Assembly (NCBI GenBank): GCA_026984935.1
Contig: JALSRD010000028.1
Span: forward strand, 7,097 to 71,096
Reading direction: 5' to 3'
Source: Desulfobacterales bacterium
GTDB lineage: Bacteria > Desulfobacterota > Desulfobacteria > Desulfobacterales > JALSRD01
Length of the DNA stretch: 64,000 nt
The notes under the pieces are model-generated. The model ran no database searches and was not told the origin of the DNA. It saw only the letters and a list, made by a program, of their open reading frames with translations. Positions 57,401 to 64,000 of the stretch are shown piece by piece. The position numbers and the translations under genes were made by a program. The first letter of the stretch is position 1, and the number at the start of each line of letters is the position of its first letter.

Positions 57401-60400
57401 CGGGATGGGCGGCCCTGGGATCAAACCGTGCATACTGACGGCGGCCGATCACCAGGTTTTGCAGTTTGATGTTTTTTAGGCGCAGGAAGTCCCCCAGCTG
57501 GCCGGCGGCCTGCATGTCGTGCGGGCTGGGAAGCGGGTCTCCTGACGGATGGTTGTGGACAAAATAGACGTTGGCGGCTTCCGGCGTGTTGAAAGCCCGG
57601 CCGGCCATTTGGGGGATATCCAGCTGGCTGGCGGCTTTAAGGCCCTTGGTGTGGCGTTCTACTTCAAGGATGCGGCCGTGCTTGTCGGTGATGACCAGGT
57701 AGGCTTCTTCTTGCGCCTTTTTACGCAGGGGGGCTAGGAGGCTGGCGGCTTCGTCCGCGCTGCGAACGAAATAATCTTTACCTTTGATGTTTCCCGTGGT
57801 TTCGAGCCGTATGGCGCTGTCTCGTCCGGGTTGTCCGAAGGATATACCCATTCGGGCTGCAGCTTGTCGGTCGGCAGATACTCGACTTTTCCGCGGCGGA
57901 CCAAAAGCCAGTTGCGCCTGTTGGGGGTGTGGGATGTCATAAGGGGATGTCCGGCTTATTCTTCCGGCGGCGGCCAGATTTGTTTCTGTCCCTCGACCAG
58001 GGCGTCGAAAAACTTGTTGGCTCTCTCGTAATCCTCGGGCCTGTGCTTGCCGATGGGCTTGTACGATTTTCTCAGCTCGGGCAGCGATTTCTCCAGATAT
58101 TCGTCTAAGCCCCTCCGGATGTATGCTCTGTACCCTTTCATATTTGCCACCTCCAGTTTTATGATAATCAATTCCCATCAACTTGTCAAACAGGGCCTGG
58201 TCATGGATCCTTGGGGGTTCGTTTATCCTTTTGGTCATTACAACCCGCGGTTTTTTAAAATCGACGTTGTTGTCCACCAGGGAAAAAGCGACGCGCCGGT
58301 TGTCCTTGTACTCCTTGAAAAGCTGTATAAAGGTCGGCAGCGAGTAGTTGTGTCCCTTGATGCTTACATCTAAGGGGATGATGCGGTCGCTTTCATTTTT
58401 CATCACCCGCGCGATGGAGCGGGCGGTTGATGTCGGGGCGTCGATGTTTGTAAAACTGATGGATACTTCGCCGTTGTCTTTGGCCAGGCGTTTTTCGATC
58501 AATCTCTTGGCGGTGGGGTAACTGGACAAAAGGCTGTCGTAAACCACGTCGTAGCCGCGCTTGATGGCCTGGTCGACCAGCTCTTTGTTGATGTCACTGC
58601 TGGCCTCGTGCGCCTGGGCCGCCCTGTCGGCGTAGCCCAGTTGCTCCTTGATGGCGTCGGCATCGCCATGCACCATCTGCTTAAGGGCCGCCTTGTCGAT
58701 TCCCAGGCGCGCCAGGCCGGTGCTCTTGCCGGCGCCGGGCGGTCCGCCGGTCAGCACCAGTTTGGGGTGTTTTTGTTCTAATACCGGACGCGGTTTGCCG
58801 GCCAGGTTCCGCCGGATGACATCGGCGGCGGTGGCGTCGTCGATGACGATCTGCGGCACGTGCTGCGCCGGGATTGTGGCCTGTGCGAAAATGCCGTTAA
58901 AGTCCCTGGGAACTCCCGCGCGATATCCCGACGGCGTTTCCGCGACGCGCCCGGGCTGGCTCACCTGGTCGAAAAAGTCTGTCAGCGCGTCCAGGTTCCG
59001 TTGCTCTTCTTCGGTCAGTCCCTGTTCTTGGCGCTCTTTTGCCAGGCGCTCTTTTTCCAGCTGGGCGATCTCATCGTCGCTGTACTGCTGCTTGTCCGGC
59101 TGCTCCAGTTCGTCCCGCAGCCGTTTTTCTTCTTTTGACAACTGGTTGCGCGGCAGGTCGAAAATCTCCCCCGCCGTGACCGGGTGCCGCCGGTTCAGCG
59201 TGCCCTGCGGATCCGTGCGCAGTAATTCAGGCAGGCTTTCGTCCGGGCCGATCCAGCCTTCGTCGCGCAGGATCTGCTGCACGTCCTCCCAGGGCAGGCC
59301 GGTTCTGTTGTTGGATACGTAGGACACGGATCGCGGCATGTCGACCACCTCGCCGCGTGCGTTCTTCCATGATATTTTGCCCAGCTCCTCGAGGCGGCCG
59401 CGCAGCCGGGTGGCCGCCGGGCGTTCGCGGCCGAGGCCCAGGCTGCGGGGGATATTGCCGGCAACGGCAATCTCCGGTGCCGCCGCGATTTCCCGCGCGC
59501 GGACTTTTTCTTTCAGGCGGCCTTTCAACTGCCGGATCCCCTCGCTTTGCCGCAGATCCGTGCGCGGCGCCCCCACCAGCTCAAACCCCTGCCCGGGCGG
59601 CAGGGCGGCCCTGGCCTGCTCGGCAAGCCCTTTGATGCGCTGGGACAAAAGGGTGTTTACCGGCGCCGCCGTGCCCTGCCGGATGGCTTCCAGCCGGTCT
59701 TTCTCAAGGTCCCGTAGATGTAGGCCCGGCGCTGGCGGCCCTTCAGGCCCCGGCGGTCCGCTTCCCGCTTGAGCTTCTGTTCCAGTTTTTTCGGCATGCA
59801 TACCTCCTGTTTCCTGGCCGGTCAGGATGCGGCCGGCGGCTTCGGGTGTCAGGCCGTATTCATCGGCGAACTGTCGGCGCAGCTCATCGCTTTTGCGCGC
59901 CAGGGCGGCGATCTGTTCCGGTGGTGCGCCCTTTTCCACGTTGCCGTGGAATATTTTACCCATGGCCAGCATGCCGGCCAGGTCGCCGGCGATTTGCGAC
60001 CCGCCGCGCGCCTGGGCTTTCAGCCAGCCCGCCCAGTCGGTGTCTGCTGGTTTGTCTTTCAGCACGGACAACTCTGATACCGCCCGGCCGGCGCGGTGCA
60101 AGGCCTCGATGGGTGCAAAAGCGGTGCGCCCCACCAGCTCGCTTTCGGGGGTTGGCGGCTTGTAATACGGCAGTTGTTTTTCGGTGCGCGCCATGCCGCG
60201 GTTAAAGGCCTGGTAGATTTTCTCCAGATCACCGGTCATGATAGCGGCCTGCAGCGCGTCTGCGGCACCGCCCAGGGCGTACAAGGGGAACATCAGGGCC
60301 TGGTCGGCGGCCGACAATGCACCGGATATGATCCGCATGGGGTGTGTTGCCAGGCTGGCATATCCCCGCGTGGTGGGGTTGTCGATATAGGGCTTAACCA

Positions 60401-60602
60401 CCCGGCCCAGCCGCGAAAGCAGGCCCGGTTTGGCGGGCGGCTTGGGCTGCATGGCCGGATCGTAGCGGTCCAGAAAGCTGGCGCTTGGGTTGCCGGCCGG
60501 CATTTGGCCCTTTACCGCCGGATCGTAGCGGTCCAGAAAAGCTGCGGCAGGTGCCTCTTGGGACTTTTGGAAAGCCGGATCGTATGTGTCCAGAAAACTC
60601 AC
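54465..60602 (-). CDS. giant polyvalent phage protein: Zeta-toxin-like P-loop kinase domain + RadC-like JAB/MPN domain + ~980-aa unassigned C-terminal region
   Basis: An uninterrupted 2,045-codon frame starts at a GTG (GGAGG upstream, GTGA overlap with the upstream gene). The Zeta-like region is nt ~58233-58835 (LVLTGGPPGAGKST). The JAB region is nt ~57417-57785 (VYFVHNHPSGDPLPSPHD). The coding signal is out of frame between ~57790 and ~58140 (see findings). Confidence 0.65.
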   Translation of the reverse strand: MSFLDTYDPAFQKSQEAPAAAFLDRYDPAVKGQMPAGNPSASFLDRYDPAMQPKPPAKPGLLSRLGRVVKPYIDNPTTRGYASLATHPMRIISGALSAADQALMFPLYALGGAADALQAAIMTGDLEKIYQAFNRGMARTEKQLPYYKPPTPESELVGRTAFAPIEALHRAGRAVSELSVLKDKPADTDWAGWLKAQARGGSQIAGDLAGMLAMGKIFHGNVEKGAPPEQIAALARKSDELRRQFADEYGLTPEAAGRILTGQETGGMHAEKTGTEAQAGSGPPGPEGPPAPGLHLRDLEKDRLEAIRQGTAAPVNTLLSQRIKGLAEQARAALPPGQGFELVGAPRTDLRQSEGIRQLKGRLKEKVRAREIAAAPEIAVAGNIPRSLGLGRERPAATRLRGRLEELGKISWKNARGEVVDMPRSVSYVSNNRTGLPWEDVQQILRDEGWIGPDESLPELLRTDPQGTLNRRHPVTAGEIFDLPRNQLSKEEKRLRDELEQPDKQQYSDDEIAQLEKERLAKERQEQGLTEEEQRNLDALTDFFDQVSQPGRVAETPSGYRAGVPRDFNGIFAQATIPAQHVPQIVIDDATAADVIRRNLAGKPRPVLEQKHPKLVLTGGPPGAGKSTGLARLGIDKAALKQMVHGDADAIKEQLGYADRAAQAHEASSDINKELVDQAIKRGYDVVYDSLLSSYPTAKRLIEKRLAKDNGEVSISFTNIDAPTSTARSIARVMKNESDRIIPLDVSIKGHNYSLPTFIQLFKEYKDNRRVAFSLVDNNVDFKKPRVVMTKRINEPPRIHDQALFDKLMGIDYHKTGGGKYERVQSIHPEGLRRISGEIAARAEKIVQAHRQAQARGLRESQQVFRRPGRGTETNLAAAGRISRTSPYDIPHPQQAQLAFGPPRKSRVSADRQAAARMGISFGQPGRDSAIRLETTGNIKGKDYFVRSADEAASLLAPLRKKAQEEAYLVITDKHGRILEVERHTKGLKAASQLDIPQMAGRAFNTPEAANVYFVHNHPSGDPLPSPHDMQAAGQLGDFLRLKNIKLQNLVIGRRQYARFDPRAAHPADTAADLRPILRTATIPVRERTLKKLPATEKLNDHVEVRDYLKKNNLMDQEGAILLDAKLHPMGVWRYRPGQPMRDFAADLIGAVERHNASMVLPFFKSSIMKPERDNLRNAIWKVRDATQITIPDIVLSDTGMDASQASHSSTRRVPARDHTSGAVRDLNSGTRLYGGLPLQALSEGARFWEKYIGAPVWDKWIMGKIPDALEKIPVAGRGVSAMRRALDYNYRGDLKDSPGYVRSLDKMRRGRQIGAEYGIDLGNRLQSVPEDSQLRIGQAITGQDVSLSPAEEKLASEASWALLELGKQAVDAGLLDEKTFFKNAGRYMPRLYTSKEYQGLLSRYGERAPERLDLERFRRRKDIPAEIRQQMGEILTPGYPVAKGIVQLSHSIQTARWLARIAENPDWAYTPRPPADVIAAVKGEIADARAKNKQAPLSDVLEQVAAAHPDLNIYARKIKTGKGWRTQTVIEKAGEIPAGFVKLPQNQKLGALAGAWVHPEIARDVNWTLKAPAAADRIIRKLTTKWKSGKVIWSLKTHVRNMYANALLAHLGGQPLWSQPLYLARAAREMRSRGKYWRLAKREGLLSSTFVSGELRDLYDRVERQMAGVKAGSLEDTLTGIGKAVTAIRRMGKKLGDAYQAEEEWFKLSKFMHDMQKRGMTPEQAAADASKWLFDYGRVTRFQERYRNSLLGAPFATFTFKAIPRVLEAAVKTPQRFILPAAIIWGLEEAARRDAGDTRETAQLKKKARPDWMGGHFLGLPWLPNFARVPVTDNFGRDHWLNLSYMTPWGDLGESGGWGGIPGGLQPFSHPFLKEAIQQGTNYDWFWKQPILKPEDVAGQSGAQRAWTEFKKRGAHLAQTMLPTPVMDIGKVYDALRGKPDYRGRERGLGIVLADVLAGLKMYPVDYIEQLDRRLAKLNPTQSDAARQIMGRIKTARRQKAAVAARGGSTELYDRRIAGYVDQLQGLARQAAGVRELRSRLQKR
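57734..57940 (-). CDS. second alternate-frame ORF (68 aa) inside the giant ORF
   Basis: It is in the same frame as 57956-58141 and starts 13 nt after that ORF's stop. The first ~30 codons (MTSHTPNRRNWLLVRRGKVEYLPTDKLQPE) show strong G/C-ending bias, but there is no clear SD. Confidence 0.3.
   Translation of the reverse strand: MTSHTPNRRNWLLVRRGKVEYLPTDKLQPEWVYPSDNPDETAPYGSKPRETSKVKIISFAARTKPPAS
57956..58141 (-). CDS. nested/alternate-frame small ORF (61 aa) inside the giant ORF
   Basis: GGAGGTGG lies 5 nt upstream of the ATG at 58139-58141. The product is MKGYRAYIRRGLDEYLEKSLPELRKSYKPIGKHRPEDYERANKFFDALVEGQKQIWPPPEE. Third-position G/C is much higher in this frame than in the giant frame. 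Confidence 0.45.
   Translation of the reverse strand: MKGYRAYIRRGLDEYLEKSLPELRKSYKPIGKHRPEDYERANKFFDALVEGQKQIWPPPEE
60453..60596 (-). repeat. three coding repeats of the FLD(T/R)YDPA motif at the N-terminus of the giant protein
   Basis: The protein reads SFLDTYDPAF...AFLDRYDPAV...SFLDRYDPAM. At the DNA level ccggatcgta(g/t)(c/g)(g/t)gtccagaaa recurs three times. Confidence 0.85.
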
Positions 60603-61483
60603 CGCACCTCCGGGAAAAGATCGTGCAGCGCCTGCTCGGCCTCGTCGCGCGTCAGGGCGCCGGCGGCCAGCAGCTGCCCGATTGTCTCCGGGGACAGCCC
60701 CAACTCGGCCGGCGAATGACCGCCGGCTTTGTACTGCCGGGCCAGGGCCAGCGCCGCTGTCAGGTTCTGCCGGGCAATCGCTTGGGATTTAGGGCTGCTT
60801 GTCAAAATGTTCTGTTTGGCGGCAATGGCGCTGTAACGTCCGAAATAGGATGCAAAGCGGTTGCGCAGGTCTTTCAGGTCACCGGCGGCCTGCTTCTGCG
60901 CCGCCGTCAGGCTGCCCTGTTTCGGCGGCGCGGACGGTGCAGTGAAAATCGCTTTATTGGTTCTTGGATCATAAACCGTAGTGCTTGGCGCCAGTGGTAA
61001 TTTTCGCTCGGGCGCCGGCGGCGCGGTGTAGACCCCCGTCTGGGTTCTTGGGTCATAAACCGTAGCGTTTGGCGGCAACACTTTTTGCTGCGCCGGCGCC
61101 GGCGGCGCGGTGTAGATTACTCTCCCGCTGGCCTGGTCCACAATGCGCTGGCCCGGGGATACGTTGCTGGTCTGCGGCCGCAGGGCCGTTGTCAACCGCG
61201 ACAGGGCGTTGGTGTAGGCCGCCTGGGCGTCGGCGCGGTTGTTGGCGAAATCTTCGAATCCCTTGACCAGGGCGGTGAAGCGCGCCAGCGCGGGCATGTC
61301 CAGGTTGTGGTCGGCGGCAAAACGCTGCAGGCCTTCCGGGGACGGGTCGTAGTTTTCAAAAAAACGCTTGCCCAGCGCGCGGTCGCGCTCGGCCTGCAGG
61401 TAGTTTTTAATCTGGGTTGCGCCGCGCTGCGCGCCGATGGTGTTCAGGCGCTCCATTTCCGCCAGTGCGTTCAAAACTCCCAT
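60599..61483 (-). CDS. hypothetical phage protein with internal YTAPPAP / TVYDPRT repeats
   Basis: 294 aa with good codon bias. Its stop overlaps the giant ORF start. Confidence 0.65.
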   Translation of the reverse strand: MGVLNALAEMERLNTIGAQRGATQIKNYLQAERDRALGKRFFENYDPSPEGLQRFAADHNLDMPALARFTALVKGFEDFANNRADAQAAYTNALSRLTTALRPQTSNVSPGQRIVDQASGRVIYTAPPAPAQQKVLPPNATVYDPRTQTGVYTAPPAPERKLPLAPSTTVYDPRTNKAIFTAPSAPPKQGSLTAAQKQAAGDLKDLRNRFASYFGRYSAIAAKQNILTSSPKSQAIARQNLTAALALARQYKAGGHSPAELGLSPETIGQLLAAGALTRDEAEQALHDLFPEVR

Positions 61484-61496
61484 GGTTCACCTCTGT

Positions 61497-62099
61497 CTAC
61501 ATATGCGGCAGTTGCTGCGGCCCTTCCGCCGGCCAGAAACCGGCATCAAGCGCGCCGTTGGTGGTGGTGTCGCCGGCGGCCAACAGCGGGCTGACCCTGC
61601 CCCAGATATCCACCCCCTGGCCGAGGGTCTCCAGCAGCCCCGGCGTGCGGGACAACTCGCCGCTTTCGCCGACCTGCGGCAGACGGTAGCGCATGGCCTC
61701 CAGGGCCATGGCGGTGTCGTGCAAAAGGTTGTTTTCGTATTGCGACGCGCCGAAGCGGTCGGCGGCGTTGCCCGACAGCGCCGCCAGCAGCGATATGTTG
61801 CGTCTGGGCACCACCGGCACGGCCTGGCCGCCGATGGAAACGGAAAACGCCGGCCGCGAAAGCTGCCCCGCCAGGTTCGCCAGCTCGCTTTCGTACTGCC
61901 CGGCGCGGCCGCCGATGCCGCCGGCGGTCAGCCGGCCGATATACCTGTCCCAGACCTTCTTGGCGTCCGGCTCCCAGGGCGCCGGCGCGCGGCTGACGCT
62001 CCGGCTGGCATGGCCCTTGTGCCCGCCGAACACGTTGTCCAGCAGTTTGCCGCCGGCGGAAACGGCGATGCTGCCGATCAGGTCATCGATCCCGAACAT
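61497..62099 (-). CDS. hypothetical phage protein
   Basis: 200 aa with G/C-ending codon bias. It belongs to the tightly packed minus-strand block. Confidence 0.6.
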   Translation of the reverse strand: MFGIDDLIGSIAVSAGGKLLDNVFGGHKGHASRSVSRAPAPWEPDAKKVWDRYIGRLTAGGIGGRAGQYESELANLAGQLSRPAFSVSIGGQAVPVVPRRNISLLAALSGNAADRFGASQYENNLLHDTAMALEAMRYRLPQVGESGELSRTPGLLETLGQGVDIWGRVSPLLAAGDTTTNGALDAGFWPAEGPQQLPHM

Positions 62100-62119
62100 G
62101 GTTTTAACCCCTTTTTTGT

Positions 62120-62812
62120 CTAAAACGCCGTCACGAACTGCGACAGCATCTGGTACGGCGCCAGCGGGTTGCTGTACTCCGCCTGGCCCTTGCTGTACTT
62201 GGCCAAGGACGCGATCTGCGCCAGCGTCGACGGCAGGCCGGCGTGCATCTTGGCGGCCTCCATGGCCGCCTGAAACGACTTGTCGGCATATCCCGGCACC
62301 ACGGCGCGGCCCAGCTGCGCAATGGCATCCGCGCCCACCGAGGAGTTGAGCATGCGCCGCCGGCTCAAGGCTTCCAGCAGCCCCGGCAGCTGGGTGTCCA
62401 GGGCGTGGCGCGTCTGGCGCTCGTACAGGTGCGCGGCGTTTTGCGTGTATTGGTCGATGGCCGCCGGCAGGTCCTTGGCCCGTGCCACCAGGTCCGGGAT
62501 GATCCCCTCGATCAGGTCGCGCGATTTTTTGGACAGGCCGGCGAAGCTGCTGCTGCTGCTGTGCGGGAATAGATTCGGTTGGAACAGCTCCGGCAGGCTC
62601 CCGCCGGCCGATGCGCCGAAATCAAAGGACGGCGCGGACGGCGCCGGCGCCTTGGGCAAAAGGCCGTGGTCGCGCTGCCAGGCGTTGTCATCGGCCACCC
62701 GCGCCGCCTGCTGGGCCGGCGTCATCTGCTGCCAGCTCATGTTATGCCAGTCGCCCCACTGCGGCTGCCAGTGGCCGGCGTAGCTGTGATTGTCGAGTAA
62801 GGGCATGTCCAT
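62120..62812 (-). CDS. hypothetical phage protein
   Basis: 230 aa with a Trp/Gln-rich N-terminus and a helical C-terminus. Confidence 0.6.
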   Translation of the reverse strand: MDMPLLDNHSYAGHWQPQWGDWHNMSWQQMTPAQQAARVADDNAWQRDHGLLPKAPAPSAPSFDFGASAGGSLPELFQPNLFPHSSSSSFAGLSKKSRDLIEGIIPDLVARAKDLPAAIDQYTQNAAHLYERQTRHALDTQLPGLLEALSRRRMLNSSVGADAIAQLGRAVVPGYADKSFQAAMEAAKMHAGLPSTLAQIASLAKYSKGQAEYSNPLAPYQMLSQFVTAF

Positions 62813-62819
62813 GCCTCCG

Positions 62820-63776
62820 TTATCCGGTATAGATGCAGTACATCACATTGACGTTTTTCATGCGCGTCTCGTTGCCGCCGGAAGATCCGGTGCCAAATGG
62901 CCCGGTACCGGTATGCCAACCGTAATCCGATCCGGCCGCAAGCGTAACGTCGGGCGTGCCGACTCCGTGAGAATAATAAGTATGATTATGGCTCTTAAAT
63001 TCATCCGCCTGCTTGGTCCCCACGGCATCGCCCGTGGTGCCGTCGCCGCGGTCCGTGCGGCCGGCGGCATCCGGATCCACGCCCGCGCCGTGGTCCCAGC
63101 CGCGCAGCGTGTAGCCGCGCAGGTCGGGTTTGTTGAAGGTGGTGGAACCGTCGCCGTCGCCGTAGGCCGTGCCGATCACGGCGAACAGCTTGGCGAAAGT
63201 GGTGCGGGATATGGCCGCGCCGTCGGCTTCTTCGTAGTTGTCCGGCACGGTGCCCACCGGCATGGGCACGATGGCGCCCACCGGCAGCTGGCTGGCGCCC
63301 ACTTCCTTCCAGGCGCCGCCGGTGTACATCTTGACGATGCCGGCGATCACCGCGATGGTGCCGTCGGGAATCGTGTACACCGTGTCCGCCGGCGCGCTGG
63401 CGTAGATGTTGCACCCGATGATGCGCCATTTCAGGTTCGTCTGGTCCCAGTTGTAGCGGTTGCCCGAACCCGCGCAGGTGCGCACCTCGCCGTCCACTTT
63501 CCCGGTGCCCAGGGCGCTTTCATCGGTGACCACGGCGGCGGCTGTTGATATCTGCAGCGACTCGCTGCCGCCGGCAGCCTTTTTGGTGATCGTGATGCCG
63601 GTGCCGGCGACCAGCTTGTCGATCAGGTAGCCCACCACGTCCGAGGCCGACACCAGCACGCCGGAGCCGGCCGTGGCGGACTGCACCAGGTTCCACAGTT
63701 CATCCAGGTCGCCTTTCATGCGGTTCTGGATGGCCTCTTTGACGGTGATGTTGTCCGGGTAGTTTTCGATCGTCAT
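62820..63776 (-). CDS. phage tail-collar-domain fibre protein
   Basis: The collar-domain motifs are LPVGAIVPMPVGTVPDNYEEADGAAISRTTFAKLFAVIGTAYGDGDGSTTFNKPDLRGYTLRG. Confidence 0.85.
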   Translation of the reverse strand: MTIENYPDNITVKEAIQNRMKGDLDELWNLVQSATAGSGVLVSASDVVGYLIDKLVAGTGITITKKAAGGSESLQISTAAAVVTDESALGTGKVDGEVRTCAGSGNRYNWDQTNLKWRIIGCNIYASAPADTVYTIPDGTIAVIAGIVKMYTGGAWKEVGASQLPVGAIVPMPVGTVPDNYEEADGAAISRTTFAKLFAVIGTAYGDGDGSTTFNKPDLRGYTLRGWDHGAGVDPDAAGRTDRGDGTTGDAVGTKQADEFKSHNHTYYSHGVGTPDVTLAAGSDYGWHTGTGPFGTGSSGGNETRMKNVNVMYCIYTG

Positions 63777-63788
63777 TTTCTTTGCGTC

Positions 63789-64000
63789 CTACTGCTGCAG
63801 CGGCTTGTACCGCAGCACAAAGCCGTCGATGTACACCGCCGGCCCGGTGACCAGGATGTTTTCGGCGCCCAGCTGGAAGCTGCGCGCGTTGATGTTCAGC
63901 TTTTTCCAGGGCAGCGCGGCCGGCCCCGGGGCCACCGGGAAGGTGGCGTCCGCCAGGTTCATGGTGGCCTCGGCCAGCGTCAGGCCGTCGCTGATGGGCG
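63789..64000 (-). CDS. phage protein, C-terminal part only (gene enters from beyond the right edge)
   Basis: A stop-free frame with G/C-ending codons ends at the TAG at 63789-63791: ...PISDGLTLAEATMNLADATFPVAPGPAALPWKKLNINARSFQLGAENILVTGPAVYIDGFVLRYKPLQQ. It is absent from the ORF track. Confidence 0.45.
   Translation of the reverse strand, partial: PISDGLTLAEATMNLADATFPVAPGPAALPWKKLNINARSFQLGAENILVTGPAVYIDGFVLRYKPLQQ

Larger units (their letters stand above)
49092..64000 (-). mobile_element. prophage (late/structural + lysis region; continues past the right edge)
   Basis: It abuts the truncated tRNA-Pro, and every ORF is on the minus strand and tightly packed or overlapping. The region carries a tail-collar fibre, a tail-fibre repeat protein, a beta-helix protein, an M23 peptidase with small TM proteins and a lipoprotein, and a giant polyvalent protein. 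No integrase, terminase or capsid gene lies inside the window. Confidence 0.75.

Noticed and set aside
57789-57795. G GGA AAC heptamer at the point where the coding signal returns to the giant frame; considered as a programmed -1 frameshift site
   Set aside because: The heptamer is phased for the giant frame, not for the alternate frame. Slipping -1 from it leads to a stop within a few codons, so it cannot join the alternate-frame ORF to the JAB domain. I found no suitably phased slippery site in the alternate frame.
59657-59797. AGGAGGT-5 nt-ATG followed by a 46-codon alternate-frame ORF (MPKKLEQKLKREADRRGLKGRQRRAYIYGTLRKTGWKP...) inside the giant phage ORF
   Set aside because: The main frame here encodes a Gly/Pro/Ala/Glu-rich linker (AQAGSGPPGPEGPPAPG). 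Its G/C-rich first codon positions automatically inflate the third-position G/C of the +1 frame. The alternate product is Arg-rich, as off-frame artefacts tend to be. Unlike the 57.7-58.1 kb case, the main frame does not look non-coding. It may still be worth a ribosome-profiling look.

Overview
GC-rich bacterial chromosomal window. The gene content suggests an anaerobic, Desulfobacterota-like organism, but that is inference only. Positions 1-49,000 are mostly housekeeping genes, with these notable blocks. (a) A minus-strand aromatic amino-acid operon (9.0-15.7 kb) uses the archaeal-type ADH-synthase / DHQ-synthase-II entry steps and contains a chorismate mutase-shikimate dehydrogenase fusion. 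(b) rpe, aroQ and nnr lie at 18.4-22.1 kb. (c) A 1,457-aa HgdC/BcrA-type double-ATPase 'activase' giant lies at 22.1-26.5 kb. (d) A four-gene operon (26.6-33.6 kb) has as its core a 1,656-aa protein that joins a BrxC/PglY-like P-loop ATPase to a C-terminal PglZ-like phosphatase domain, with no methyltransferase nearby. This is my top candidate for an undescribed system. (e) A glutaryl-CoA dehydrogenase-like / glutaconyl-CoA decarboxylase alpha cluster, gdhA, a ferredoxin and a hemerythrin follow. (f) A radical-SAM / DUF134 / 2x DUF5320 module sits behind a perfect-palindrome operator. (g) A visibly AT-richer islet next to tRNA-Arg(ACG) carries decayed toxin-antitoxin-like ORFs, followed by tadA and purA. 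At about 49.02 kb a tRNA-Pro(CGG) gene is cut off after the anticodon loop. From there to the window end every gene is on the minus strand and phage-like: tail-collar fibre, tail-fibre-repeat protein, beta-helix protein, M23 peptidase lysis cassette, and a 2,045-aa polyvalent ORF with Zeta-toxin-like and RadC/JAB domains. Inside that giant ORF the codon-position signal jumps to another frame for about 400 nt, and two short ORFs sit in that frame, one with a strong Shine-Dalgarno (SD) sequence. I saw no CRISPR array, rRNA, transposase or integrase. Many long ORFs in the six-frame track are antisense or off-frame artefacts of the high GC content. All family assignments come from motif recognition by eye; no searches were run.
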